Source: a virus (lineage: Duplodnaviria > Caudoviricetes). From it: a stretch of 64,000 nt of DNA. Both the position numbers and the translations under genes were made by a program. The stretch spans positions 46,205 to 110,204 of the IMG/VR virus record IMGVR_UViG_3300020049_006862; one strand, written 5' to 3'. Positions within the stretch are counted from its first letter, which is position 1. The number at the start of each line of letters is the position of its first letter. The notes below the pieces were generated by a model that saw only the letters and a list, made by a program, of their open reading frames with translations, searched no databases and was not told the DNA's origin. This document shows positions 14,334-26,705 of this stretch, piece by piece.

Positions 14334-16226
14334 TTAGTTTGGTGTATACGGCGTGTAGTCATCGTACTCATCCGCATTTACATCTATTACTTTCTTACCT
14401 GGCTGAGAAGCTCTGATGACTTCCGCAGCTCTTTCTCTCATTAATGTGTTCAATTGAGTATTAGCATTTACTCCTTCATGCGCTTCCAGTAAAACAGATT
14501 CGCCGTAAGGTAGTGGCTCCCTCTTCTCTATTTTCAATCCTGGATTTCTCGGATCTTCATTCATTAAAGATCTAATGATAAAAGGCTTTCCTTGAGCATC
14601 ATACATTAACACTTCAGCAGGTTCTCCTGTTGTTAATGGAGAATGCAGTGTTTGAATGTCTTTCATCTGATCAGTCATTCTATCAGAAGTACCGACACTG
14701 ACGTATTTCTTACCCCCAACTTCAAAGCTGTATCCAAGTTGTGGTCCTTGAGCAACGAGTCTTGATGGTCTGATTTCAGTAGCCGATTCTTGTACTGCTT
14801 TTTTCACTTTTGAAGAGGCAGAACCAACTAGTTGTCCTTTATCATTTACTTCAAAAATCTGAGTACCGCCACCTGCAAGTATTTGTCTCCAGTTACCATT
14901 ATTAGATTCAATAAATTGAGTTGGAAGATTTATATCAGTAGTATTCTGAGTTTCCATTTTCGAGCTCAGCTGTGTCCATTTATCGTACAAAGCTTTCTTA
15001 CGTTCGCTATCTGTCTTATACTTATCAGAATTTTTAACTTCTCGGTTAAGTTGATCGTAATAATTTTTAAGAGCTGGATTCGTTGGCGCGTTGTTAGCAG
15101 AGTATTGGTCAAAATTAGAATCTCGTGCGTTCTTAGCATTAGCTCCAGTACCAATCATAAGTGGGCCCAATAAACCTGTAATAGGTCCACTAGCAGTCGA
15201 AAGCATACCAGCTGCTGTCATTGCATTAGCTCCTTTAGCTTCTGGATCTGGAAGCTTATGTTGTCCAAAGATAGTATTTTTAGAAAGGCCGGGTGAAGTA
15301 TCCGGAATGAAATTAGACAAAGCGTTATCTTCTTCCTTAGCTTTCTTTCTGTAAGATTCTCTAAGATGAAGTAAGTACTCTGAATCATTCTTCATATCAT
15401 ACTTAGTGGATACACTCTTGCGAGCAAAAGCATTGCCTAAAGTATTCCCATATTCATCTGCTATCGATTTTAGATCGTTGTCAGTCAAGTCTATACCAAT
15501 ATGTTTATATTTCTGAAACATCATGTTTTGCCATTTGTCATCTTGCATAAGTTTGTCAGACACTACGCTTTTGACCAATGAATGAGGAATTTCTTCTGTC
15601 TTACTTCCACGAGTAACAAAGTATCTGCCATTAGTAGTTGTGATTTCTCCTTCACCAACAAAGGGTTTCAATTCTTTAGCGATATCTTCACCTGACTTAT
15701 AGGCATCTACATATTGAGCTACATCTTCCGGTACAAAGTTGTTATAAGAACCAGTTAGAGGATCTTTTGTACCAACTCCCTGATAATTTCCTAAGGTATA
15801 CCCAGCTCAGTTTTGAAGCTGTGCTTGCTGTATCTCACCTTTTCTTAATCGCTCACGTTCGCGCCCAAGAGAATCGTCCCAGACCTTCTTATGTAAAGAA
15901 ATTTGATATCCTTCTCCTCCAGGAGATAGATCTCTTTTGATTGTTCTTTTTAGATTGTTTAACTCTGGTAATATTTGAGAGTAGTCGCCATCATACTTTG
16001 CGACTAAATCGTCTACTTTTGTTCTTCATCCTCCTACTTTTTCATCTGCTAATTTTCTATCTGCCTGTAAGGAGTCAATAGAAGTATCGTATATCTCGTC
16101 TGATGTTTCTCTTGAAACATCGAATCTTTTTTGACGAGATTGTAAAGCCATCATCAGCGGTTGTAAAGGAGTCTCTTCAAACTTAAACTCTACTGGTGCT
16201 GATTTATAAAACCTATTCCAACTCAT
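14334..16226 (-). CDS. Putative virion cargo/ejection protein (630 aa, code 4)
   Basis: 16026..16226 and 14334..15671 join in frame via TGAs at 16026 and 15807; lies just upstream of the RNAP gene as in crAss-like genomes. Confidence 0.7.
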
Positions 16227-16812
16227 TTTCTACGTATCTAAATTTATAACCAGCGCAACTACGTGAATTATGACAAAGATGATTCCCCATTGCCCCTACG
16301 CTAACTCCAAACTCTTTGGCTACATGCATAGCAGGTACTTCTCAAATTTTTATCAAATTATTATCCATATCAAATTGAGCTAGAGGTCTGTAAAGTGGAT
16401 GATTCTTTCCTCTATTTCTGTAATTAGGTTTTCTAAGCTTTTGTTTATATTCTTCAGTCTTTCGTATTCCTTTGGTAGCCGACGTTATAGCTTCCCCGCG
16501 CGGAGTTCAAATAACTTTGTCTCTAAGATTATATCCATTTGTAATCATGTCGTGCACATCTAAATAATCTTGCTCGTATTCAAGAGCTTCTCCTGAAGAT
16601 GAACACTCTTTTATAGTAATAAATTCAAAAGCTTCCGGATCTTTATTATAAGCATTTTGTAGATAATTATTACAATGACGATTTCTACTTAAACGATTAA
16701 AATGCTCCAAATATCTTCTAAATAAATTTGAAGTTGAGCCCACATACTCCTTTCCATTAGTATTATTCCTTAATACATATACTCCAGGAACTCTATTAAT
16801 ATTACTGACCAT
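16213..16812 (-). CDS. Free-standing GIY-YIG homing endonuclease with NUMOD-like C-terminus (199 aa, code 4)
   Basis: GVYVLRNNTNGKEYVGST...RYLEH...EQDYL...GYN; reading through TGAs at 16507 and 16342 adds ...AQFDMDNNLIKIW...CAGYKFRY. Confidence 0.85.
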
Positions 16813-18523
16813 TTCTCATGTATTTTGCTATATCTGGAAAGGCAGAAAGAATTAACTCTACGGCTTTCTTATTCTCATTTTGTGCTACTTTACCTCTTCC
16901 AACATTACCAAAACTAGTCAAAATATCCTGTATAGAATTATGATATGAGGCTTCATCCTGTTGACGAATCTGATCTGTTCCAAGCCTAGTAGCAATGTTC
17001 TGTTGAGACCTTTGTCCTAACCTTTGCTCATAATTTACTTGAGCCTGTTGGTTCATATTAGCATACTGCGATAAGATATTAGAATTATTCTGATAGTTAT
17101 TAGCAGCAGCTCCTTGCATATTGCCTAAGTAAGAACCTAAACCGGAAGCAGCTCCTTGAATGTCTGATCGAGCTTTGTTATATCCTAAAGCAGATTGTTG
17201 TAACTGATTAGAAGGATCATATCCTCTAAGAGTTACTGGTGCTGAGTTCTGATAAAGTTCTTGTTTGTCATACCCTCTCGCTAACAAACCAATTTTAGCA
17301 GCTAGCTCTCCATACTGGAGAAGTTCAGCTGCACCTACTTTTTGACCTAGTTGATTAGCACCAGGAGCATTAGGTTTCATTGCGGCATCAAGCGCAGGCA
17401 CTTGTCCTCTAATGTTTTGAGGAGTTGTGCTTGTAACTGGTGGAATACCGGATCTACCTAAAGATCTAGGGTCCATACCTTGTGCTCTACGCTCAGCTCC
17501 ACTAGGAATTGGTAAAGGCTCTGGATTAGCGTTAGTGTTTGTGTTCAACCATTCTCCCGGAACATACTTACCGTCACTAGAAGTTCCCATAAATTGTTCA
17601 GTAGCGTAATCGTTTCCGTATTTCTCCCAAGCCTTATGAGTTTCAGGACCATAGACATTATCCCACTGCTTACCCTTGAATCCAGCAAACTTCTGAAAAT
17701 TTGCAACATTGAATCCATCCCAAGGGGCAGAGTATCCTTTGGCGTATGTACCGGAAGCTGGCGGTCTAGGATTGCTAGGGTTACTAAGATTTAGTAGAGA
17801 GCTATTCATTGCGCTTGCTGAGTTAGGTGCAGTCAATGCGTAATGAGCATTAGGTTCGTAAGGACCAGCTTGAGCTGAGGTAAGTCTATTTAATGGAAGC
17901 ATAAGAGGATCTAAAGGTGGATCACCATAAACACCGCCGTAAGCCATTTTGTTCTTAGCTGCTTTCATTACACCTTTACCGTAGCTTTCAGCAAGCTTCA
18001 TTAATTCGTTTAAGTTCATGAGTTGTTCTCTATTTTTCTGATTCCACTCAAGAGCTTTCGCAGCAGCAGGATCATTATATTTCTTTTGAGCATTAGCATC
18101 AGCTTTAGCAAGCTTCTTATCTTCATCCGCAAAAGTCTTACCTGTAATAGGATGCTTAAGCGTATCAGAAAATACATACTGCTGCCCGCCCACACCAGAT
18201 ATAGTTTCACCGTGATTGACGTAGGCTTGAGGAAGCTCAACTGAATCTGTAGCTCCTGGATTGGTAGCTTGTACCTGTTGAGTATTAGGTCCCAGCTGTT
18301 GAAGCTGGCCGCCCATAGCATAGCCATACTTAGAAGTATTAGGTCCTATAGGCTGGTAAGTAGCTGGGCTATTAATTTGATTACTAAGTAATCCTAATCC
18401 CGCACTAGCTCCCATAGAAGCTAGAGGGCCAGCTCCAGGAATAAGTGAAAGAAGCGGAGTAAGCGCCTGCATAGTACTAAGGATACCACCTTCTTCACAT
18501 TTTTGTTTGTTTCTTTTTTTCAT
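16802..18523 (-). CDS. Putative virion cargo protein (573 aa)
   Basis: Intact Gly/Ala/Gln-rich ORF between muzzle and RNAP genes; YAMGG, YVFSDTLK and GKTFAD segments. Confidence 0.65.
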   Translation of the reverse strand: MKKRNKQKCEEGGILSTMQALTPLLSLIPGAGPLASMGASAGLGLLSNQINSPATYQPIGPNTSKYGYAMGGQLQQLGPNTQQVQATNPGATDSVELPQAYVNHGETISGVGGQQYVFSDTLKHPITGKTFADEDKKLAKADANAQKKYNDPAAAKALEWNQKNREQLMNLNELMKLAESYGKGVMKAAKNKMAYGGVYGDPPLDPLMLPLNRLTSAQAGPYEPNAHYALTAPNSASAMNSSLLNLSNPSNPRPPASGTYAKGYSAPWDGFNVANFQKFAGFKGKQWDNVYGPETHKAWEKYGNDYATEQFMGTSSDGKYVPGEWLNTNTNANPEPLPIPSGAERRAQGMDPRSLGRSGIPPVTSTTPQNIRGQVPALDAAMKPNAPGANQLGQKVGAAELLQYGELAAKIGLLARGYDKQELYQNSAPVTLRGYDPSNQLQQSALGYNKARSDIQGAASGLGSYLGNMQGAAANNYQNNSNILSQYANMNQQAQVNYEQRLGQRSQQNIATRLGTDQIRQQDEASYHNSIQDILTSFGNVGRGKVAQNENKKAVELILSAFPDIAKYMRNGQ

Positions 18524-21500
18524 TATCTATCGGTATATGAGAAGGAGATGCCCATGATCTCCGTATTAAGTTTATAGTTCTCAGGCTGCTCAAAGTAAAG
18601 CCTACAAATTAAGAAGTAATCTTTAAGTCTAGCGATTTCAAACTGACTAGTAGTAAGATCAGTATTAACTGGTATCTTATCTATAAAGTAATCCTGAGAT
18701 ATATCTGCCCAAGCAGAAGAATTAAGTGGGCCTGTATTATTGTGGTAATCTCTAAACATCGAAATGTTCCAATGATTAACCACTTTACGGGCAACAGCTT
18801 CTCCAGGTATTGCTGTAACAAACGAAAAAGGATTTGAATTAGTCTTTGTTGTTACGTCAATAAACCCCGTAGACTGGTACGTATTGTATGCCCACAATTT
18901 ATTTCAAGTTCTATCTACTATCTTACCGTTAAGGTATACTTGAGTGGGTATATCCAAAGCTGCATACTTCTTAAGTGTTCCTGGATCTTTAGCCGAAACG
19001 AATTCAACTACGTGAGGGTACTTAGTTAAGTAGTAAGTTTGATATGGTCCAAAGTTGTGAGTATAGATGCTATCCTTTGCTGAATAAAAGTTTATGTGCG
19101 AATTAAACAGATAGAATGGCAGGTAAGAGTGAAACGACGTTCATTTACCAAGGACAAAACTATATGAAATAGTGAAGCTTTTATTCTCAAAATAATTAGT
19201 ATCAGTGAAGGGTCTATATGTCTTTCCCCCTGAAGCGTTAGTAGTATAGAATCTTTCTCCATCCCATTGTACTCCATTGATTGGTAAATAATCTTTCTTG
19301 TGAAGTACATATTTTCGCAGCTGAGGGTCATAGCAAGCTGTGAATCCTATACCATTAATATCAGATGTACTCTTAATAGGATATTCAGTCTGGTAATTAA
19401 GTAACATATACTTCTCCATCTGAAGAGGAAGATTCTCTTTGAAGAACTGTCTCATCCCTTTGTTGGATATTTCTTCTAACTTGTCAGAAAGATGAAAGAT
19501 CTTTCCAGAGTCAGCAGAAGTATAGACTGTGCCGAATTCTGTTGAGATAAGAGAGAATCTTTCCTTGCCGCCGCCATAATAATAATCAGGTGTAGCAATT
19601 CTTCGTGGAGGAATTGAGAATACCTCGGCTGCCCCAACATATACTGATGCTTCAGAAGAGTTAAGTACTTGTGGATTAGTAGGCACTAAGTACACTGCAC
19701 CAGAAGTCTTAGCATAGAGATTATCCTTGTCAGTGAACAACTCATTAATAGGACCATCAAACGCCGTGAGGTCTACAAAGTTATTTGTCTTTATTCTTTT
19801 GTACGAATCAAGAGAAGAGTCTTGAAAAGCTTTCTCTGATACGTAGATCCTGAAAGGATAAGAGTTGATACATGATCGACAATAGTCGTACGCAAGGGGT
19901 ATCGTAAATCCGGTTTTCTCTATCGCAATCTTAGATAAATCATCATTATAAAGATAAGCTTCTAAGCAAATAGGGTTTTTAACTGTTCAAACATCTGAGC
20001 TAACTTGATCTGCACTTTTGTCTCGAAGGTATTCGATCAAGGTGCCCGTATGTGTATCATTGGTCGGAGAATAGGCAAGATCACAATCATTGCCTGGATA
20101 TCTAAGTTCATAGTTTATTTGTGATTCTACATAAATATTATCGTACATAGATCCGTACAATATTCTATTATTACCTTGTTCATCTATATCTGCAAGATCT
20201 ACTACTCTAAAGTTAGATATGAAAATATCACCACCATAGTATTCTTGTGAATCCGTTAGAGTTCTAAAGTTAGATTCTATCGGAACATAATTAAGAAGAG
20301 TAAACATAGGGTAATCAAAAAGTAGTCTCTTATTTACTGCAAGATAGTGTCGAGCATCAAAATCATAATCATTTAGGGAATGAACAAATGCGTAAGCGTT
20401 TACTTTATTAAAGTAGGATTCATTGGTAAGCTTGTATATGAAGTCTCCAGTAGGAGCCTGCTGACTTCTTGCAGATACAAAGATACTCTCTGTATAGGGC
20501 ATATACAAGTCTTGAGGCAAAGTAAAGTTAATATTAAAGTCCATAACCTTTGCTCTATACCTAAGTTCTCCTCCACCATCCCTGTCATACTCACCTTGTT
20601 TTAAACTTGAAGGTACATTTTCGTATCTAGCAACCATCTCAAAATAAGAACCGTTCAGGTATCTAGATGCTAGTGTTTTAGGAGACAAGAAGTTACCGTA
20701 TTCGATAGGAATATCACCTTCATCTAGAGTTTTGAAAATCAGATTATTCGTATTTCCTCCTGAACCAGCAGTAAAGTATCCAGAGATAACACCCATATCT
20801 AAAGTAGAAGAGTTAGCTTCGGTTCTTCTTGCTACATAAAACCTATGCCCAACGACATCAGTAGAGGGGTAGGTTATGTTCGCAAACTCTAAACCAATGA
20901 GAGTAATCTCTCCGTCTCTGTAAAGTTCTACTAACCTTCTTGAAGGAGTTTTATGATATCTAACTTTACCAGTAGGGAATATCCTGACATTATCACAATC
21001 CAAAGTAGAAGGATAATCTTGGCGAGATTCAAAATAGCCTAACTTACCTGTAGCATATGCGCTGTTATATATCTGCCAGTATTCATACGAAGTAGCAGAA
21101 GGGAGATGCTGCATATCTAGGTTGAGAGGATCATACGTAAGTACTACCCTGTCAATCAAGTCCGCCTCTCTTCCTGGAACATGAAACAGTGGGCTAAATG
21201 TTCCGTTAGCAAATATATACTGTATCGCTACTGCGTACACTTCGTCAGAAGCAAAGCTTTGTTTGTAAAAAGTAGTTAATGGGTTCTTTGAATTCCCTAA
21301 AGTAGTAGTGCTTTCGACTATTACATCAGAAGTAACAAACTCACTAGTGATATTGTTCGCTGATCTTTGAAATTCAGCATAGTCGTAGAAGTCCGATTCA
21401 AGGTTTGCGACGTAAAGTCTACCGCCTGATTGCTCATGCGCAACTACTCTTTCGAGTACTGGAGAATCAATAACTACATCTTGAACATCTATCTGAATAG

Positions 21501-22392
21501 GTTCAAAACTATTGATACCTGTAAACAAGTACGGAACTTCAGTGCCAGTAATAGCTAAAGGAGCAAGAGTATATGATTCAGAAATTTGTCCACTAGTATT
21601 AGCGCTGATTAAAACAGCAAGCTGGACATACGAGAAGGCTTGATCTAAATTCTCTAAGCTAAGATTAATAGACTTAGAAGTAAGAGGTCTTGCGCCAGAT
21701 TCGTCAGCAGAAGCTATAATGTTTATAGCTCCGTCAATTCCGTCATAGAAAGAACCTAAGGCCTCATCATAGATGAGTACTGGCCGAGTTACATGGAAGA
21801 AGTTAGTAGGATTCAAATCTGAATCTAAATACCTAGCTGAGAATTGGTAAGCTCCGATCTTGAGTAAACCGCCCCCATCTGATACATTAGATATTTCGAT
21901 CTTGGGCACGGATGAGGATATAGAATAATCGAATCTACGGCAGTCCCAATCTCCTGTGTCGAGTCGGTAACTCGTAAGGGAATCGATATTAATCCTCCTG
22001 TAGTTATTGTATGCATCAGTAAAGTATATTACACGTTCACATCCCTTAATAATTTTAAACAAACCTTTTACTTGGTGTGCCGTGTTAAAATTAAGACATG
22101 GAGTATTTATAAGTGTAGAGTAGGAGCATGAATGGGGATCGAATATTCCTATCTCTGAATCTGTGTTGTCTGTAGAAAAGATGATGAATTTTCCGTCTTC
22201 AATTAAAATGTGACCTATAATAGTATACGGAATATTTGCACATAACGTATTCCCTAATTCATTAGAAACAGATACTTCCGCTGGAGAGGTATCCTCTACC
22301 ACTGCGTTCAGGGCAAACCTGTACGTACCTTTCTCCTGAAATTTAGGATCAACGTCCTGATTCATCCCAGCATAAATATTAATAGCGTCCAT
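18523..22392 (-). CDS. Tail stabilization / muzzle protein (1289 aa, code 4)
   Basis: Three track ORFs join in frame via TGAs at 19987, 19141 and 18904 (e.g. GK-W-TSFHSY); N-terminus GMNQD...YRFALNA, IYFTD, GAYQFSARY; crAss gene order. Confidence 0.85.
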
Positions 22393-23275
22393 TTGACATT
22401 TGATAAGGATTTATTTTAGGAGTTCCTAAATTTTGAAAGAAAGAACCTTTTTGATACGATCTAGGTACTAAAGCATTTCAAGTATTCTTGATATTCTCCA
22501 TCTCATCTAGAGAAGGCATATTCAAATCTCCGATAGCCTTCATCTTCTGAAGATTATATTCTGACTTATGAAAGCGTACTAGAGCCTCAGACCCAGCTTC
22601 TTTCATAGATAGTCTCTTAAGCCAGTGCCGATATAAGACATAGTGCACGATGGCTTCTTTTAAATCCTCATTATCAGGAATAAGAAAATCGCCATTAGCA
22701 TCTGATACCCTTCTTCTGTATGCAATTATAATAATGCCATCACGCAAAGTAGTAGTTAAACAGTTTCCTCTTTCTAAAGTATATTCGTGAGAGATGCAAT
22801 TTGGTTGTGGATCATTAGTAAAGTAAGCTTCACCATAAACTGATATATCACAACCAATGCTTTTAAGATAATCATTGTTTGACAAACGCATAGGGGTTCA
22901 GCTAGACCTATTTAAATAGGTAGAGAACAAAGCTTTTTTAGCTAAGCTCTCTGGGAATTCCATATGACTGACAGCTGGGTTCCATGATTCATCCTCTAAA
23001 CCTAAAGTTCTAATCATGTCTGTCAAGTCAGTTTCAGTTATTGCTTGTTTATAGGCTACGTGCAATAACATTTCTGTATCTGAAGGAAGCTGAGCTTTAT
23101 GATTCTCTACCTCAACAACTTTGATACATGTTTCGTAGCGGTCGTAAACTCTAAACTTGAGAAAAGCTTTAGCAGCCCACTCATAGAATATAGTCTCGTT
23201 CCAGTGTTTTTCTTCGACCATCGTACTTAGATCGTACAGTACAGATCTAAGTGAGATCAATTTTCCTTGAGCCAT
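22379..23275 (-). CDS. Tail tubular / ring protein (298 aa, code 4)
   Basis: 22898..23281 and 22478..22891 join via TGA (RSS-W-TPMRL) and continue through TGA 22478 to TAA 22379; directly upstream of muzzle gene. Confidence 0.75.
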
Positions 23276-23732
23276 GATCAACTAATTTATTTATATGATG
23301 TTCGTTATGTATCAATTTCCCCAGCTTTCTAGTAGCTCATCTTGCAGGAGTTAATTCGTAACAAACTGGTTCTCCAAATTCAGATATACGCACAGGTATT
23401 CATCTTCACTTGGCGACTCATTCTCTTTTTTTCATGGGATTCATTGGTGCCCATTCACCATCATCCTTTACTTGGTGATCTTTTCATTCTTTGATGTAGA
23501 ATTGTTCACCTATTCAGGGTCGCATTTTTGTTATGATGTTCCTACCTAAAAAAGGAATTTCAACCATTCTACCTTCGAACAGGTTCTCACAAACCTCATT
23601 TCCAAACGCCTCAAGAACTTCTTTGTACAACTCTTTAGACACTTCTTCTTTATTCTCGTACACACTGTACGAATCAATAGCTGTTAAAGTATCTTTCGTT
23701 TGAATGTTATTCAATGTCTTGAACCACTTCAT
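23247..23732 (-). CDS. HU/IHF-like protein (161 aa, six TGA codons)
   Basis: YKEVLEAF...LFEGRMVEIPFLG resembles the HU/IHF N-terminal half; frame is open to TAG 23247 only with TGA=Trp; same position as the IHF gene in crAss-like tail modules. Confidence 0.65.
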
Positions 23733-24408
23733 TTTGCCTAGAGTTATTCTCTTTATCGTTAGGAGCTGATAGATATCTTATAATACTTTCTTCAGCCATT
23801 CTTATCATCATTCTACCAAGCTCAGCATCAATTGGAAAGTTATCATTCATTGGATCGTAGCAAGGAGTGTCAGTCATCTCTTCTCCCATACAAGTGCAGA
23901 AGGTTGCCAGCTTATCAGGGTCTGCCCAGATGCCTTTCATCAATGCTACCTTAAGCTTAGGCTTATTAAGGATAACAAGTTTCTTGTTTTCAATCAACCA
24001 TGCAGCTTTAGGATCTCTATTAGTTAGAGAGTATTCTGCTAAATTATTAGAAGTAATAGTTCCTTTATCAATCATCTTCCCGTCAGGTAGTTTTACCTGA
24101 ACGGAACTTGAGGTACGAGCTACTAGGTCTTGGGGTATCTCACAAGTAGACCTATTAATTTTGCAATCAAAGATATCAGGTATACACGAACAGTCGTGGT
24201 ACGTATGCTCCTCTAAAGGAACACATATAGTAATGTAATTTAGATCCGAGACATATTCTTCTCGCTCTAATTTTTGTTGTATTAATTGCGCTCTGGCTTG
24301 TTTCAAATGGAAAGCAATAAACTTATCAGTCAGCTGACTGTCATTTGAAGCAGCTCCCCTATTGATGGGGATCTTCACCGCGCGTACATATTCTTTTAGT
24401 GTGGCCAC
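23707..24408 (-). CDS. Putative neck/ring structural protein (233 aa)
   Basis: Intact ORF with GTG start; CVPL...CSC and FPIDA motifs; position in tail module. Confidence 0.6.
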   Translation of the reverse strand: MATLKEYVRAVKIPINRGAASNDSQLTDKFIAFHLKQARAQLIQQKLEREEYVSDLNYITICVPLEEHTYHDCSCIPDIFDCKINRSTCEIPQDLVARTSSSVQVKLPDGKMIDKGTITSNNLAEYSLTNRDPKAAWLIENKKLVILNKPKLKVALMKGIWADPDKLATFCTCMGEEMTDTPCYDPMNDNFPIDAELGRMMIRMAEESIIRYLSAPNDKENNSRQNEVVQDIE

Positions 24409-24455
24409 AATAATAAAATTTTATAATATAATATACAACATATAATAAACATATG

Positions 24456-24463
24456 CAAATGTA
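24456..24463 (-). promoter_or_regulatory. Putative Bacteroidota sigma-A -7 box (TACATTTG)
   Basis: Matches TAnnTTTG in an AT-rich gap downstream of a terminator; the -33 TTTG is not clear. Confidence 0.45.
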
Positions 24464-24482
24464 ATTATAATTTACTTTAAAT

Positions 24483-24521
24483 AAAAAAAGGGAATACTCT
24501 CTTTTGAAGAATACTCCCTTT
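24483..24521 (-). terminator. Intrinsic terminator
   Basis: Minus strand AAAGGGAGTATTCTTC-AAAA-GAGAGTATTCCC then a T run, just after the stop of 24530..24838. Confidence 0.7.
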
Positions 24522-24529
24522 TGTTTTGT

Positions 24530-24838
24530 TTAACCTTTTCCTTCAGCAGTGCGAATAGTATCAATTTCGGCTTTTTCTAACTCCTTGTAAGGAATTTCGT
24601 TAATAACTTTCATCTCATTCTTTACTTCAGGGATCTCAATAGTAGCAGCGACTTTCTCTGCAATCTTATCAACGTTAGCGGGATCTTCGTTCACAAGAGC
24701 TAAATCCTCCTCAGTCAATTGGTATTCCTTAGAGGCTCCTATTTCCAGCATGTCATCATGATAGCAAACAGTAAAACCTCCTGCGATAGTCTTTCCTCCC
24801 TCGGATTCAAGCCATCCTCTTTTTAATGTGTATTTCAT
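24530..24838 (-). CDS. Hypothetical protein, possible fibre chaperone (102 aa)
   Basis: Intact ORF immediately after the tail fibre gene. Confidence 0.55.
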   Translation of the reverse strand: MKYTLKRGWLESEGGKTIAGGFTVCYHDDMLEIGASKEYQLTEEDLALVNEDPANVDKIAEKVAATIEIPEVKNEMKVINEIPYKELEKAEIDTIRTAEGKG

Positions 24839-24839
24839 A

Positions 24840-26705
24840 TTATCCTATTACTCAAACTGAGCCGTTATAAAAAACTTTACTTACAACAGCTCCTCCGCCG
24901 ACGGCAGTTGCGCCATAGGTCGGCGTTAAACTGTCGCTGACATAACACGTATCTCCCACAACAGCAGGCGTAGGAAGTGTCCCTACTGTATATCCTTGAA
25001 GTCTTACAACTCTTGTAGAAATAACATCAGAAGCAGTAAATGTGGTATTAGCACTATCGTCCGCAAGACGAGCGCTTAGGCCAGCTGAGACTCTTTTAAT
25101 GGCTGGAAAACTTGAGGTCGTCCCTCCAAATTGGAAAAGATTAAAGTCATTTCCAGCATTATTCATTACTGTAAAATTATTATTAGTTACCGATTGTAAC
25201 TGACTTTTACCTGATATCTCGAATCGAGTAGCAATTACAATACCAGAAAATGTACCTCCCGCAGCAGTTAAGTTTGCGTTAGCACTATCATCAGCTAAAC
25301 GCACTACTATACCTGTTCCACTTCTTTGAATAGAAGGAAAAGAAGATGTAGTTCCGCCGAATTGAAGGCGGTTAAAATCCGAAATTAAATGATCTGTTAT
25401 TAATAGTACCCCACTTGATGGAGCTTCTAAGACAGTGCTGTTTGACCACCTTAGTCGTGAAGTAATGCCTGCGGTAATACCGCCTGTAATTGTCATGCTT
25501 CCGGAACTATTCAAATTAAATCCTTCAGTCAAAGTGCCGTTTCGCATGAGGCTAAGACTATAAGTAGCATCTTCAGTAGCATCAACTGCATCTGACCAAG
25601 TTATTGACTGTGTACCAGCAACTCTGTTAGTACCTGAAGCATTCTCAAGCTCGTACTCTTGACCTACTCCAAATCCTACTGCTGCAGTGCCTGAAGTAAT
25701 ATGGGATAATCTTTGGGCAAAAGTAACTGCGTTAGTTACTGCGTCAGAAGCTTCTACATGGAATAGGCGATCTGGAGAGGTAGTCCCTGCTCCTACATTA
25801 CCATTTGCGGAGACTTTAAATCCAGACCCACCGCCTGAGTTTCCTGCAGCATAAAAAACTGATCCTATTCCTGTAGCTGCTGTTGCAACAATTAAACCTT
25901 GACCGCTTCCACTTGTATTGAATACACGTGTAAGATAGTCTGAAGCAACAGTTCCTGAAACATCAAGCTTGTGTGAAGGTGTAATGGCGCCAATTCCGAC
26001 AAAACCACTATTTAACACTGTCATTACTTGACCCGAATCAATACGACTTCCGCCAGTATTTCATGCCAAGTTAAAACTATTATCATCTGCGTTTAATCCT
26101 AGTGACCAGCCAATAGTTGTTTGATTATCTTGATTAAAAGCCATAAACAAATCTGCGCCAGAACCTCCTAAGGTATCTTTAAATTGTAGCATGGGCGAAT
26201 TACCCCCTCCAACAAGCGAAAGCTGTCTATCTGGTGTAGCAGTACCTATACCTAAACGATTAGTTGAATCGTTCCAGAAAAAGTTTGCGTTGTCTTGAGC
26301 GATAGTTGATCCATCAGAAAACAACACAGAGCCTGCTGTCAGTGCAGGGAGTGTAAATGTTCCTTTTGAATTTAGCTGTGTTTGAATATCAGACGTTACT
26401 CCATCTACATAGTTTAACTCAGTAGTAGAAAGTGTTGCCCCATCCAAAATGTTTAGTTCAGCAGCGCTGGCAGTAAGTCCCGTTATTGTATCCTGCTTAG
26501 CGTTCAGAGCTGTTTGTAAATCTGTTTGAGCTGAAAGGGTTCCTGTGATAGAACCCCATGTACCTCCGCCAGAAGAAGGAAGGGTGACGGTATTACCGTC
26601 AGTAATGGAGAGTTGATCCCCACTTATTTTTAGGTTCTGGATACAAGCATCATCAACTGTTTCGTAAACACCTGTTATTCCTTTACCATTTGAATTATAA
26701 ATCAT
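24840..26705 (-). CDS. Tail fibre protein (621 aa, code 4)
   Basis: Joined via TGA 26061; ends FYNGSV-W-VIG; typical fibre segments TWGSITGTLSAQTDL, ELNYVDGVTS, RLGIGTATP, GNVGAGTTSP. Confidence 0.8.
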
